DNA of 63,276 bases, the filler included, from Reticulomyxa filosa (lineage: Eukaryota > Protista > Foraminifera): NCBI GenBank assembly GCA_000512085.1. It is 17 parts of 17 records of this genome, joined end to end, with 100 filler letters (N's around TTAATTAATTAA, not from the genome) between each part and the next. Parts side by side here need not be neighbours in the genome. Positions count along the whole stretch, not along the records: positions 50,335 to 61,301 come from ASPP01008329.1; positions 61,402 to 63,276 come from ASPP01023148.1; 15 more parts are not named here. One strand, given 5' to 3'. Numbering within the stretch: position 1 is the first letter of the stretch; the number at the start of each line of letters is the position of its first letter. A program made the translations under genes and the position numbers. The notes under the pieces are model-generated. The model ran no database searches, was not told the DNA's origin, and saw only the letters and a list, made by a program, of their open reading frames with translations. Shown piece by piece: positions 50,335 through 63,276 of the stretch.

Positions 50335-52075
50335 GAAGAAGAAGAAGAAGAAGAGAAAAAAAAAAAGAAAGACAAAGGGAAATACAATAGTAAGAATAAA
50401 AGTAAAAAGCTAAAAAAAAAAAAGAAAAAGAAAAGACGAAAAAAAAACTCAAGTCAAAATTAAAGGAAGTAACAAACGACGACGACGACGACGACGAGCA
50501 AAGTGAAAAAAAAAGCGAAAACGAAAAAGATAAAAAATTAAAAAACGCGGAAAAGAAACCAAACAAGATGAGTGGCGGTCGTAAAGTTAAGAAAGCTCAA
50601 GGATGTACAGTCGAATTAGACCTTTCTAATTTAGAAACTAATCACTTCACATTCAATGACGAAATCGAGCTTAAGACACAAGAGAGAGCACGCACTAATA
50701 GTTTATTTTTATAAAAATACGTTATATATGTATAAATATTGTCTAACAGCGGAGCCAGATATTGTTACAATTGTATGTATGTATGTGATTGTGTGTACGT
50801 GTGTAAATAAAATCTATTCAAATAATGATAATGAATGCATTCCAAAAAGACAACCCATTCTACAAAACATTGAATGGATATTCGGACAAGAGCTGGAAAA
50901 TCATACTAGATCGTGCCTTAGGCTTGTGCTATGGGTCTGCGATTGGCGATTCAATCGGAAGCTTTTTCCCAGTGTCGGAAGGGGTGACGAACAAGCTGGA
51001 AGAAGCAATGTCGATGAAGACACCAGGAATGCGATACAAGAGAGCTATTCCAGGTCAAGGGACGGATGACACCGAAACGGCCATGTGTATTGCACGCGGT
51101 TTATTGCGTATGATAGCAAGGAACGCAGACAAAGATAAACAACATCACGTCACCATGAAATTCGTAGCGGAAGAATATAACACGTGGTGGCAGACAGACC
51201 CATTGGATCAGGGCAGTACCTTCTTTGCACATGCGGTGAGAGACAAAGGATTAAATAAAATGCGTGAAAATGCCTATCTCAAAAACGAGGAAATCAAGGA
51301 AGAGCACGGCGAACCAAAGGGGGTATTGACCAATGGAAGTCTTATTCGATGCATGCCTTTAATTGTCTATGGCATACGTTTGCAGCCCGAACAAACCTTT
51401 AATCTCATGCGATTGGATAGCTCATTAACTCATGCTAGCTATACCGTTTATTACACCGTTACTGTCTACGCTCTCGCGGCACAGTACTTAATTCGATATC
51501 CACAACAAGGAGAACGCAATAAAAATGCCATCAAATTCGCCATGGAATTCTTGAGCGCACAAAAGCAAGAACGCAAACGCTCAAAAACACATAATCCGGC
51601 CATCGAGGAGGTCTTGCGGTGGATCGAACGAGCCAAAAGTGCTGCTGACGACAAAAGTACGTATGCACCTCAGAAATTGGATGAGTTCCGTGAATTTCAC
51701 AGCCATATCAAAATTTCTTTCCAAAGAGCTTTTTATCACTTATGGAAAGGGGACTCCTACGATGTTGCCATTAAAGAGACCCTCATATTTGGAGGCAATG
51801 CCGACAGCAATTGCTGTGTCGTCGGCGGTTTGATTGGAGCCTATCATGGAATGAAGCCTTTAGTCGAGAAAAGAGAAATCATTGACAACTGGCCCGGCAA
51901 TTCAGACAATCACGAAAATACTGATCAAGAGAAAAGAGATCCTTATCAAGCCAAATGGTATAGGCAATATGTTCCTCTTTTACTCAATTACGCTCTTCCC
52001 CCAAAAGGCTATCATCTTAGTGACAAAACTGCTACTTATGATCCCAAATCTAAAGAAGAAGAATTTGTGTTGTAA
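50335..52075 (+). CDS. ADP-ribosylglycohydrolase (ARH/DraG family) with Lys/acid-rich N-terminal extension; intron 50701-50849
   Basis: ALGLCYGSAIGDSIG, GQGTDDTE, NGSLIRCMPL, DSSLTH, GGNADSNCCVVGGLIGAYHG. The upstream K/D/E-rich exon joins in frame (RTN-N|NPFY). Confidence 0.88.
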
Positions 52076-52426
52076 CGAAATATTATAATGGAGAAAAAAA
52101 AAGAAGGGCTATGTTTATGTGCAAAAAAGACAAAATATTTCATGAACGTTAATTTTGTGTTTATTTTTGCTTTCATTAATAAAAAGTTACATTGTCATGG
52201 ATAATCTATTGTTTGTCTTTTTAAATTTTTTCTCCTCTCATTTCCGGAAAATTTATTCGCAATTTAAATAAGCAAATACCTTTTTTTTTAATATGCACGT
52301 GGTTATACACTTAATTTGTCTTTGGATGTGTATGGGTATACTCAAAAAAAAATTGTTTTTTGAAAAGAAGGGATTTTTTTTTAATTCAACGTTTGCTTCA
52401 TATTGATGTCAATCCGCCAACACATT

Positions 52427-54028
52427 ATGACAGCAAATATGGTTCGATCAAATCTTTTGAATGGAGACGAGCCGAATAGCATGGTTCCAGCAACACAATC
52501 GCTATCAACCCATTCTCAAGTAAGTCAAGGTTGTTCCACACGTGACCGCAACATATCAAATGAAAGTCGGCAAGCTCCCTACCAAGAGTTAGAACAAATG
52601 ACCATGGGGCAATTGACACAAAGTGAAAGTGCTTATACTTCACTGGGTGATCGAAGTGGGCAGTATTATGCAACATTTGATCTCCCATCATTGCAACCCG
52701 TGAATTCAATTATCATTGACAGGGTAAATAAAGACAAATCTTCGTCTTCATCATCTCATCCCAATGACAAGTGGATGATATCAGATTGGAACTCACTTTT
52801 TTTTGCATATCATCATCAAACCAGTTTTTTTTCAATCCTTTAATTTCTGCGCACAAATATACATACGTACATATATAGGCATATGTGTATGTATATTTGT
52901 ATACAATGCCGAGACTTCAATCTATTTTTATAAAAAAAAAGGTAATAATTTATATCGTCATGTGATAATATCATTGATTGGGATTATAATGATAGCAGGC
53001 ACATTTGTGATAGAATTTGAATACATACCATGTTATTGTTTATTGTTTACTCGCTTTAATGACTATTGCAATTTGTTGTTATTTCTATTGTTTCTTATTC
53101 ACTTGATCAGTCTTTCCAAATATTCGAATGTGCATTGGGTAGAATGTTATAAATACTTGTTTGTGACATTATATTGCAATAGTATTGTCGCCTTTGGCAT
53201 GGGAGTTACATGGGCAATATTCAATCACGGCTTGAGCCATCCTCAGTTGTTGTTTATTGATTGTTTGAAGACAAGCAACCATCAGAATGAAAAAGATAAA
53301 TGGTGTTCAGAACAATCGCAAAATACCTTTGTCATTGTTACCGTTATCATTTCTTATTGTCTGCCATTTTTCTATTCACTCTATTTTTTGATTGGTTAGT
53401 CCTTTTTCTTGTGTCTTGTTTTTATAAGTTAAATGCTATCCTTTGAACAACTGCAAAAAAAAAACAAAAAAACAACGTGTTTTTGTATTTGAATCCATTA
53501 GGCTGCTTGCCTGTCCCTATTTTCAAAAATATGAAAATGGGAATGTTTGTAGTGTTTATGAATTTGATTTGCTATTTAAGTTGGAATTTTGTTGGATTTG
53601 GAGTGAATAATCAATGGAGTTATGATTTTTTTCAAGAAATATGGAGCCCTTCTCAAAGTGAACAAAAAGAACTATCTTCATGGCACCAGAAACAACGATG
53701 GATATTCGTTATTATATTTGTAATCGCTGCTATATTGGTCATTGAAGCTGTTTACTTGTTTTTATTTTGTTTGAATGATAAAATTTATCATTGCGGAAAA
53801 TACATTACCAAATGTCAATGTTACTACGAATACTGTCGTCCACGTGATCCCAAAAAACTCCAAATTTCTGCCACGCGTTGCTCTTTTTTTTCCAAATGCT
53901 GTTGCCCTAAAACTGCCTCTCCTTTCGAGTCGAACATGTCATATTTTGCTAAACGACATAAACCTTCTGTTTCTTATCAGGTGGATGAAAAAATCAAAGA
54001 GCTTGTTACCATGCCCGGTGGAGATTGA
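52427..54028 (+). CDS. Multi-pass membrane protein, multi-exon, Cys-rich C-tail
   Basis: Hydrophilic N-terminal exon followed by exons with about six hydrophobic segments. The tail contains CQCYYEYC...CSFFSKCCCP. Confidence 0.6.
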
Positions 54029-55693
54029 CACTTTTTTAGTGTTGTTTTGTTTTCTCTTCGCCTCCCTACAAAAAAATGGCCAGCCCTTGAAATTAATATT
54101 TTGGCTTTCTTGGAAATGTTGACTCGTTAATTCAACGTCTCCATTTATTTGATACGCTTTCTGAATATTTCTTTTATCTTGTGGTGAGTGTGACAACAAA
54201 CAGTGGTGTTTGATGTAGGAATATTAATTATGTGTTAGCAAAAGAATAAAAATAAATAAAACAAATTAAGTCAACAAAACAACCCCACCCAACGAAAGCA
54301 AGCTTTTTTTGAATGATATCGTCCCAATTTTTTTGTTAATCAATTTAACAATTTTAGAATGCTCTAAGCTATGATGAGCAATTGAACTATATTGCTTAAA
54401 CCTTTTATTTTTTTCTCTAAAGATTTTTTGAAGGGTGATCTGTTTGGATAGTGATGAAAACAATTAATTTGGATTGATCAAAACGTCCATTTAAAAAAAT
54501 TCAAAATTGTTATTAAGACCATGGACATTCATAAAACAGTATTATTACAAAAAAAAAATATTATGTTTGAAGTGCCCCTTGCCAGTCTTGATAAGTCTAT
54601 GAAGACTACAAGCCAGACAATAATCTTCGTTGTATTCATCGTCCTAATTGAACAAGCTGCTTTGATGATCATACATATTTTTCGATTGCATTTGCGTTAG
54701 TACGCTTCGGTCTTTTATCTGGCAATAGCTTCATATACACAAGATGACGACAGGCTTTTCTATGATTTGAAAAATAATATTTTTAGATAAAACAAAGATT
54801 AATTTGAGTGAAAGCAATTGAACAAATACGTTTGAAAAAAATCAAACAAAGACTTAGTAGACAGTTGCATAATAAAAAGGTCAAGATTTGGCAGATTTAG
54901 CATAATGATTTTTGCTTGTTTGACACAAAAGGTATTGAAATTCATGCAAGATATATAGTGGAATAAATTCTGAAATTTATAAAGAAATATTAGAATATGA
55001 TATGTTAACATTGTATATGATTAAAATGACTTGTTGTTTCAATAAGACAATGAGGCATGCCACAATACTAAAGAAGTAATGAATTAATTTGAAAAAATAA
55101 AATAAAACTAATAAAATTTTCACCAAATTCACCAGATATTAATCAAATAGAAAATCTTTGTTATATAATAAAAAAAATTACACAAAAGCAAAAATTAACA
55201 CAAAACAATAACTGTGTGAAAAGTTTGAAAAACATGTTAAATCATTAACATTCAATATTGGTCACTTCCAGATTTGTGTCTTTTTGCGATTGATTAAGCA
55301 ACAACCAAACCTTTACCTTTTTTAGGAATATCTTTTACTTAGTTGCAGAAAAGAAAGTCAAAATCAATGCTATGGAAACTCCACAATTCACCGCAAATGT
55401 GGAAACAATTGTTTAAGTGAACTGTATTTTTCATGATTTTTATTTTTTTTGCTTGGTATGATTTCATTTCATTTGAGTTGAATTTATGATATTGAAGACT
55501 TTAAGTCAAAGTGAATTGAACTGAAAATTTCGTAAACATTAGTGAATAAAAAATTAACAAATAAAAACAACCGAATGAATTGCTCTCTTTGTAATAATTT
55601 CTTGAAGAAAGAAATTAGAACTTGTATTTAGTGTAGTACAAGTCCATATTCTAAAGGTTTGAACTCGGGAGGACCCGAGGAACCCCCAGTGGG

Positions 55694-58362
55694 TTAAACT
55701 TCCTTTACAACCTTCTTCACTTTGCCTTGTTTTGTTTTCCTCTTTTTCGTGTCATTTCTCTTTAATTTGTTTTAATTTACTTGTTTGTTGACAATCAGGC
55801 TCTTTGAGCAAAAAAGCACTTTCGTATTACATTTAGTGCGAACTCTTTTCTGGCTGGCGTCTCACAAGCGTAATAGGAATGATTGCCCTTTTGAGTAAAT
55901 TTCAACAAAAATCAAAATAATTAAAGAAAAGAAAAGACAAACGAGAACAAACAAAAAAGTAAGGAAGTAAATTTTGCGAAAAGGATTTCTGAGCTTCCCT
56001 TTACATTTACAGTGCTTGCTCTGTTGTTGAAAAGAATACAATTACAGTGTTTAAAAAATCGCACGAAATATGCAAGAAAAAATTACAAATTTGTTTAAAT
56101 GAAGGAAAATGCAAATTGCAAATCATGAATATTTGTAACAATTTCAGAAAACAATCAAATTTTGCACAAACTACTGCTTGTGGTCATCTTTGCTGAGATT
56201 TGTGTGTGTTTGTGTTGTGTTCTTTCTCTGAGTTTAATGGATAGTGTTTTCGATAATCTGCATATAATTTGTCAATAAGTTCCAAAACTTGTCCTTCGGC
56301 TATAAGATTTTGAGTATAAAATTGTTTGACTGCCAGCATGTGAGACCACAGCTTTTGATTATTTGCTCGATCCAAATCAATGGTCATTTGAACGACCTGT
56401 TTGTGTGTGTTCGCGAGCGTAAATTAATTTTAAATTAGAAACAAAAATTAAATAAATAAATAATAAATATTTTGTAAATAAATGACAAGAGAGACACCAA
56501 GCCATAAAAAAGTTTACAAAAACAAGGTCACATGTACCATTGCTTTCCATTCGTTGTGTCTATCTTCGGAAATTATGCCAACTCCCAGCTTTTCTTTCAA
56601 ACTGTAAAACATCTCGAATAGGCTTCGATAATCTTCTTGAGTACAAAAACGTACACTTAAAGTGCTTAAATTACTTAAAACTAATCAATGCACAACAGCA
56701 ATACAACAACTGTCAACATTTTTGTTAAAAAAAAAATGGAAAAAAGCACAGAATAAACAAAGGAGTACAAACCTTGCAATGCTTCGTCTAAAATTTCTGG
56801 ATCAACTGGATTTGCTCTTGTCTTTTTCTTTCCTTTGTTATTATTCCAATGTCTTGTATCATATTGTATGTTTTTTTCGCTTTCCTTTTGTTCTGTATCA
56901 CTTTCTACTGTATTTTGCTTTTGTTTTGTATACGTCATATCATTCCCAAACAAATCAATTTGTTCCAAACTTTTTGTATCCGAATTTGTTGATTTTGTAA
57001 ACATTTCCTCATTTGAATTTTCTTTTTTGATTAGTTTTCTTCGTTTTCTGGTATTGATTTTCAAATCAATATCTTTTTGTGTTTGCTCATGACTATCCCA
57101 TTGAGTATCTTTATCGATATAATGCTGTCCACAGGTTTTGGCGGAAGCCGCAACTTTGCCACTTCGATTTTCGTTTTCATTGTAAGTACTGGTGTTATTT
57201 TTGGAAAAGCTTTCATCCGTATGAACATTGATGCTCATACAAATGGAAGACCCATCTTCTGTCATTGATTCACTATCGCTGCGATACTTATCCCTTCGAT
57301 TGACAGTTTTCCCACGGCTTCGCCTGCGTTTGCGTGGCTTCAATGTGCTGTCCCCTTGTTTTTCTTTGTCAAATCCCGTACCATGATTTTTGTAATTTGC
57401 CCTTTCAAGTTCTGATGACGCTTTCTTTGCTGTTAGGTGCGTGGCTATTGCCGACATACGAGGTGGGTGAGAAACATATGGCGTCGTCCAATTCACTTTC
57501 TGTAGCAAAAAAAAAAATAATTGCAATAATGCTGAAAGCGTTATTTTTTTTTTATCATGTCTTTTATGTGTTTTTTTGTTATCGTAAGCCTATCTTTTGT
57601 CTCGTGCAAAAAAAAAAAATCTTAAGTGTAAAACGTAAAGAACACTTTCGTATTACATTTAACCTTTTTTCAAAAAAAAAAATTCATTGCCTTGAAAAAC
57701 AATAAAAAAAACAAATTAATGTGTCCGGTTTTATTTTGTTTTTTTTTACACGCAACTTGTACTGTTTCAGCTGCTCCATCAATTAAATTATTGTTCGGTT
57801 CACAATGGACTGCTTTTGGAATGACGTTAGAAACTTTTTGAGAGACTTGCTGCTGCTCCTGTCGCATCAACGCACTGATTTCTACCGTCTCGAAATCACC
57901 TTTGGGGGGCTGTTGAAAACAAGACGAAAAAATATTTGCGTGTGTGTGGTACACCTTCCGCGGGTAAAGCAAAACAACAGATATACGTAACAAATGGATA
58001 TTGCAGCAACCAAAGTGGAATATTACGTCTCCATTCAGGCTTCAATTGAAAGCTTGACAACCAATCGTCAGGGTTTATTCGCTCGTTTGGTGCGGGATGC
58101 GATTTCGAACATTGTCTTGTTTTTTTTTAAATTTCTTCTTATATTTGTGTCTTCAAATGTGAACAAAAATTTCACAATTTATTGAGAAGTGGATAGTAGA
58201 CACTTTGACTTACAGTAGGACTGCCGGAGAAAAATCATAGCGCTTTGGTGCAGTATTTAAACTGAAAGTTAAATGTTGGATATCACTCAATACGCGACGA
58301 ACACTTTCATCATCAGTGCTAGTACTGGAGTACAGGTTTGAATGACTCGAGGTGGAACTCAT
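55694..58362 (-). CDS. Hypothetical multi-exon protein, basic/charged central region
   Basis: ATG at 58362 (MSSTSSHSNLYS...) and a series of exons bounded by GT-AG (e.g. PDDWLSSFQLKPEWRRNIPLWLLQYPF; 57500-56772; VVQMTIDLDRANNQKLWSH). The frame of the last exon is uncertain. Confidence 0.55.
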
Positions 58363-58964
58363 ACCTTACCTACTACAAGTCAATTGACTGCCATGCAATG
58401 TGAAACCTCAAAGAAATGAATGCCAAAGTTTATATCTTAGAAATCACCTTATATGTTGTGGTAGCTGACCGTGTCCGACCTTGTTCCCGTTTTTGCCAAA
58501 CTAGAAGTTCAATTTGCACTGCAAAGCAGCTGCACGATAGTTTTCCACACTTGCAATTTTGTTTTATTTGTTTTAAGCAGAGCTTTAATTGTTTCTGAAC
58601 GGGTTTTTTTTTTACACTGTTTATATTTTGTATCTCCAGCTTGTTTTGAAAATTGATTAAGTTATCATTTTGCTTTTGAAAAATCAGTTATTGCATTAGC
58701 TGTAATCTGTGTTTTTTTTACTTTGTTTTGATTGGACGTAAGTGTGTTTCCTTTGTTAAAAAGGAGCTATTGAAAAACACCATATTTTCACAGTTTTAAA
58801 AACAGAGGGAAGAAATTGCAATTAGGACTTTACAAAATGCGATCCCTTGTCAAATGTCCTCTTTTTTGTTTACGAAAAAAAGAAATGGAAAGAAAAAAAA
58901 AAAAAAAAAAGAAGAGAAAGAGAAAATGCACACAATTAAAAGTAAAACTTCAAACGAGATTGTT

Positions 58965-61270
58965 TCAAGCAAGTTTTGAATGTGTTGCCTTCCAATTTTT
59001 GATAGCGACGTCGTCATTGGCATTGACACCACTTCGAACGCATTCGACAAGGCTTCCATCGGACAGCATATCTTCAAATTGGGAAAGATATTCTTGGACG
59101 AAGGCCTCTTCATCGGAATCCATACCAGCGTAAATATCAAAGGCCAGACGCATTCCATTTTCGTCTTGCAAAGCCTCCGACTTGACATTGCGTACTTGCC
59201 CTTTGCTCAGCACTTGTGCCAATTGTCCGCTCAGTTCGTCATCGTCAATTTGAGTCGCGTCGATATCCTCACTCCACAGCACGTCGCAAGAGAAGTGTAT
59301 TGCGCATTTTTGGATTTTGTTTTTGTTGGATGCGGCAGCAGTAGCAGTAGCAGTAGTAGTAGTAGCAGCAGTAGCAGTGGTAGTAGCAGCGGTAGTAGTA
59401 GAAGCAGTGGCAATAGGGATTGCACTTGCCTTGTTAGGCAAAGGTTGTACGGATGCAAGAGTAGGAAGAGGACGACTTGGAACTTTCTGTAAAGACCATC
59501 CAACAAAATAATCCCAAGATATTTGAGAATAGGGATTATCTGCAAAGGAAAAAAAAAAACACACACACACACACATATACATATACAAACAAATAAACGT
59601 AACGGTGCGTGAGAATCTTTTCTCTTGCTTTTTTTCAGAGGCACTTTCGTCGTTATCAATGGCGGCCGAATTTGCGTTGATATTTGGATTGGGCTGGCCC
59701 GCCTTTCTCGATGGCATCATCATCGCCATCGACATACTTCGCGCCCGGTCGCGTTTCAATTTGACGCGCAATAGCTCAATTTGCTTTGTGTCTTCGGCCA
59801 GGCGTTTCTTTGCTTTTGCCAGAGCTTTCAATCGCTTCTTGTGATCATCGTCGCCATCGCCCTGGCCCTTTTTGTTTTTGCTATCAGCTTCGGCGTTCTC
59901 GTTACTTTTGGAATTTCGTTCATTTGGGTTACCCCCAATTTTTTTTTTTTTTTTTTTATTATTTACAAAAAAAAAAAACAAAGATGAATCAAAAGTATAA
60001 ACATTCAAACATAAATAGCATTCGTTCTAAATGCTAAGCAGGCTGTTAAAAAAAAAAAAAAAGCAAAACATCACTTTGAGTTTGCAGTTGCGTGTTTATC
60101 AGAAGCTTCTTCTTCTGCTTGTTCTTGTTCTGGTTCTGGTTCTCGTTCTGGTTCCTGTTCCGGCTCTGGTTCTGGTTCTGGTTCTAGTTCCGGTTCTGGT
60201 ACTTGAAGCTCATTCTTCTTTCTTTCGATATCCTCTTGGAACAATTTTCTTTGCTTTTCAATTTCCATGCGCTCATTTGCTAGTTGATTTCTTAACTCGG
60301 TTATACGTGTAATTTCTCTGTCCACTTCCTCTTTTTCTTTTTTTCTTCATTCATTTTTTTGGTATATATGTGTGGTACATATTTATTATTATTTTCAAAA
60401 AAAAAAAAAAAAAAAAAGGGGGGGTATCATTATGGGACACAACATTAATATATCGAACATACAGCGATACAAATAAATATATGTTAATATGTTGTTATTT
60501 AAAAAAAAATGTTGTGAAATAACTTTTGTTCCTCCCATTTTTTCATTTCTTCTTGTAGGGAAGTGGTTTGCTTTTGCGTGAGTTCTTTGGACAATCGTTG
60601 CAGATTTTCTCTTTCCACTGTCAATTTTTTCCTTTCTACTGCTAAGTTTTGTTGCTCTTTTTTCCTTGCAGCACACACACACACAGTAATCACATACAAA
60701 AAAGAATGCAATATATTTAAGTGAAAAACGTGTTTTTCCTCTCCTTCTTTCTTCTTTTTTTTTTGGTCTAACCTTAGTTCTTCAAGTTCTTGTCGCTGCT
60801 GCAGAATCAATTTCAATTGCTCCTTTTCGTGTTCGATGAGCAGACGCTGCTTTGCGGTTTCCAACTTGTCTTGTTCGATTTGCATTTTCTCTTGCTCGAG
60901 CTTTTCTTTTTCGAGATTGATCAAGTTCTGTTCAGCATTGGTCGTAGCGGGTTGTTTGGCCTTTCGCTCTTGGAGTTGGGAATGCCGTGCCTGCGATTGT
61001 TGTTGCGATTGTGATTGCTGTTGTGGTTGTTGTGGTTGTTGTTGTTGTTGTTGTTGTTGTTGTTGCGGATGTTCCGTTCGATCGTCGCCATTCTGTTTGT
61101 CCAACATCCATTGTTCCTCCTCCCCATTGAAGAACACCTGGCTGGACTCCACATTGGGTGATGCCGCCGCACTCGTCGCAGGACTGGTCCGACTTACTTG
61201 AGGCGATGTCGGCATGGCAGAATTAAGTCCGCCATATTGCGAGAGTTTTCTTTTTTCGGTCCCTTTTGAC
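58965..61270 (-). CDS. Coiled-coil protein with poly-Q, EP repeats and an acidic C-terminal globular domain; 5' end lost in gap
   Basis: E/K/Q-rich heptad exons (61215-60760, 60660-60520, 60330-60075, 59935-59600) and a final exon ending KNWKATHSKLA*. Confidence 0.65.
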
Positions 61271-61923
61271 CTTTTTTTTTTTTTTTTTTTTTTTAAAAAA
61301 ANNNNNNNNNNNNNNNNNNNNNNNNNNNNNNNNNNNNNNNNNNNNTTAATTAATTAANNNNNNNNNNNNNNNNNNNNNNNNNNNNNNNNNNNNNNNNNNN
61401 NCTACGAAATTTTCTTGTTCTCAAAAATTGGTTTTAAAAAGCAATGATAAGAAATATTTTTTCCAAATGAACAAATTAAGGAAAAGAGAGCAATCAAACC
61501 TGAACTTAGTGTGGATATCCTTTCTGATTGTTGCCTTCAATTTGACATTACATGTTATGGGTTGGAGAACAAAGCATGTAGCAAGGAAAGACCAATTCTC
61601 CTTTAGAAAAAAAAAATTAAACATAAACCCATGTTTTTAAGTATATTTCTTGGATTCCACCAACATAGATGGTTGGAGGAAAATAAACCAAATTTCACAT
61701 TTGAATGGAAGGAACACCAATATTTTTCTTCTGTTGTAGTTTGTACAAGAAGAAAAAAGTAAACAAAAAAATTTCACCAAATGCCCTAAATCTCTCATTT
61801 ATTCCCTGTTCAAAAATCAAAAAGATGTTGATAAGAAATTATAAAAAAACAAAACCAAAGTTGTGCCTTAGATCCTCAAACCATTTGTTTTTCACCTCAC
61901 CCTTGTTTGAACTCAATAGGAGT

Positions 61924-63013
61924 TCAGGTAGTTTTAGTAGGCGTGACAACACTCGTATCTTCAGTGATTGCACTCCCCTCTTGATGATGATGTGTGCAGG
62001 CTGGACTATTCACATGTTCAGCTGTGTGAGGTTGCACTTTGTCATTCTTATCCTTTTCATGATTGCTCTTGGCACACTCGTTATTGACATTGGTATTGAT
62101 ACTAGTATTAACAATGGTATTGGAAGCATCCGTTTGGGTGACAGTAGATGAATCAGAGCTGATTTGATCGGAGATAGTAGTATTTCGACAATCAGCTGTG
62201 TTCAAGGAGTCTTTCGATTCCTCGTGACTAGTAGTGCTGCCGTCACAGCTATTGTTATGTTGTTTCATATTCACATCGCCCGTTGTCTCTGTAGTAAGCG
62301 ATGGTATAGCCTTCAAATCGCTCGGATATACTTCCTCAATAGGAGGGAACAACTCGGGTACCAACGCGACCACTATCAAAGAGGTATCGTCAAACGAGGT
62401 GTCCCCAAAACAAGACTTGGCACGTGTGACAGTATGTCGCAACGCAGTTTGTACTACTTTGTCTGTTTGAATCCGCATTTTCGTCAAGTTACCGTTGATA
62501 TAATCGGCAAATGCTTCCCATTTCCAACAATCCCAAATGCCATCCGAGCCAATTGTTACAAGATCTATTTTCCCATTGTAATTAATCATTAGTTTAATTT
62601 AATTCAATTCAACATTTAAAAATAAATAAATAAATAAATATAGCAAGTAACATTCGTCATTGCAATCCACATCACAAAAAGTGATATCCGGTTGGTGCGA
62701 CAATCCAAACTGATGCGCATAAAAATCTCCGAGTGATCGTGTCATGGCAATGCACGTGACATCGTTTGTAACCCCAAAGGGAGACACGGCATAGACCGCG
62801 GGGTCATAGCGGACGTTTGTTGGCCGAAGGTTATACCCCCAAGGATTTTTTACATACTTGGGGTCTTTTGTACCATTTTCCAAAAACACCAACGGGCACT
62901 CGTATTTCTTTGTCACATTGGCCTGGTCGTATACAAACAACAGCTTCAACGGATATTCACTTGTGGGGAGTTCTTTGATGCGCAGATACTCCACTGAACT
63001 ATCCGGGCTGTGA
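61924..63013 (-). CDS. PP2C/PPM-family protein phosphatase, 3' part
   Basis: IAMTRSLGDF, HQPDI, IGSDGIWD and FDDTSLIVV are PPM motifs. An S/T-rich tail follows. Confidence 0.9.
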
Positions 63014-63276
63014 TCCTGTGATATTCACACAATACAAGCTCAAATGTTTACATTTTCTTTTTGTATACATATATGTATATATTCAAACTGACCCCTTTTT
63101 TTTTAAAAAAAAAAAAAAAAATTATTTTGAAATTTGTTTCCATTCAGTTGAGTCACAATCACACCATTAAAAAAAAAAACAACTCATAAGGAGAGTGATG
63201 TAACCATCACACACACATACACACGGAAAAGCGAACGTCATAAAAGCAAAAGGGGGTGGAGAAAAAAAAATAAAAA

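Noticed and set aside
55655-55670. GAGTTCAAACC (- strand) as a tRNA T-loop/B-box
   Set aside because: No cloverleaf, D-arm or A-box can be built around it. No tRNA or rRNA was recognised anywhere in the window.

Overview
AT-rich, intron-containing eukaryotic (protist) genomic DNA. It consists of 17 contigs joined by artificial 100-nt linkers (N44-TTAATTAATTAA-N44), so adjacency across linkers is not proven. A strongly divergent alpha-tubulin, WD40 and 7-TM genes, poly-A/poly-T/(TA)n-filled introns and many decayed gene copies suggest a foraminiferan (Reticulomyxa filosa-like). This is an inference, not a database match. The standard genetic code fits. Recognisable genes: myosin-TH1/PH-like + AGC kinase, ankyrin-CBM20-GDPD phosphodiesterase, RalGAP-family protein, divergent alpha-tubulin head-to-head with mitochondrial uL13, CAP-Gly + CLASP-type TOG protein, EamA transporter, 7-TM protein, degenerate DEAD-box-like fusion protein, calmodulin-like protein, ADP-ribosylglycohydrolase and PP2C. 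Mobile DNA: an internally deleted DD34E Tc1 transposon with ~180-bp TIRs and several decayed non-LTR retrotransposon pieces. The most notable leads are (1) an alpha-tubulin with a natural E254D/N249S change in the GTPase-activating T7 loop, (2) a CAP-Gly/CLASP-TOG fusion 2 kb away on the same contig, (3) an atypical splice code with GTT donors, A-rich acceptors and a 16-nt micro-exon, and (4) a 133-nt G:U-rich hairpin. All alignments and splice models were made by eye.
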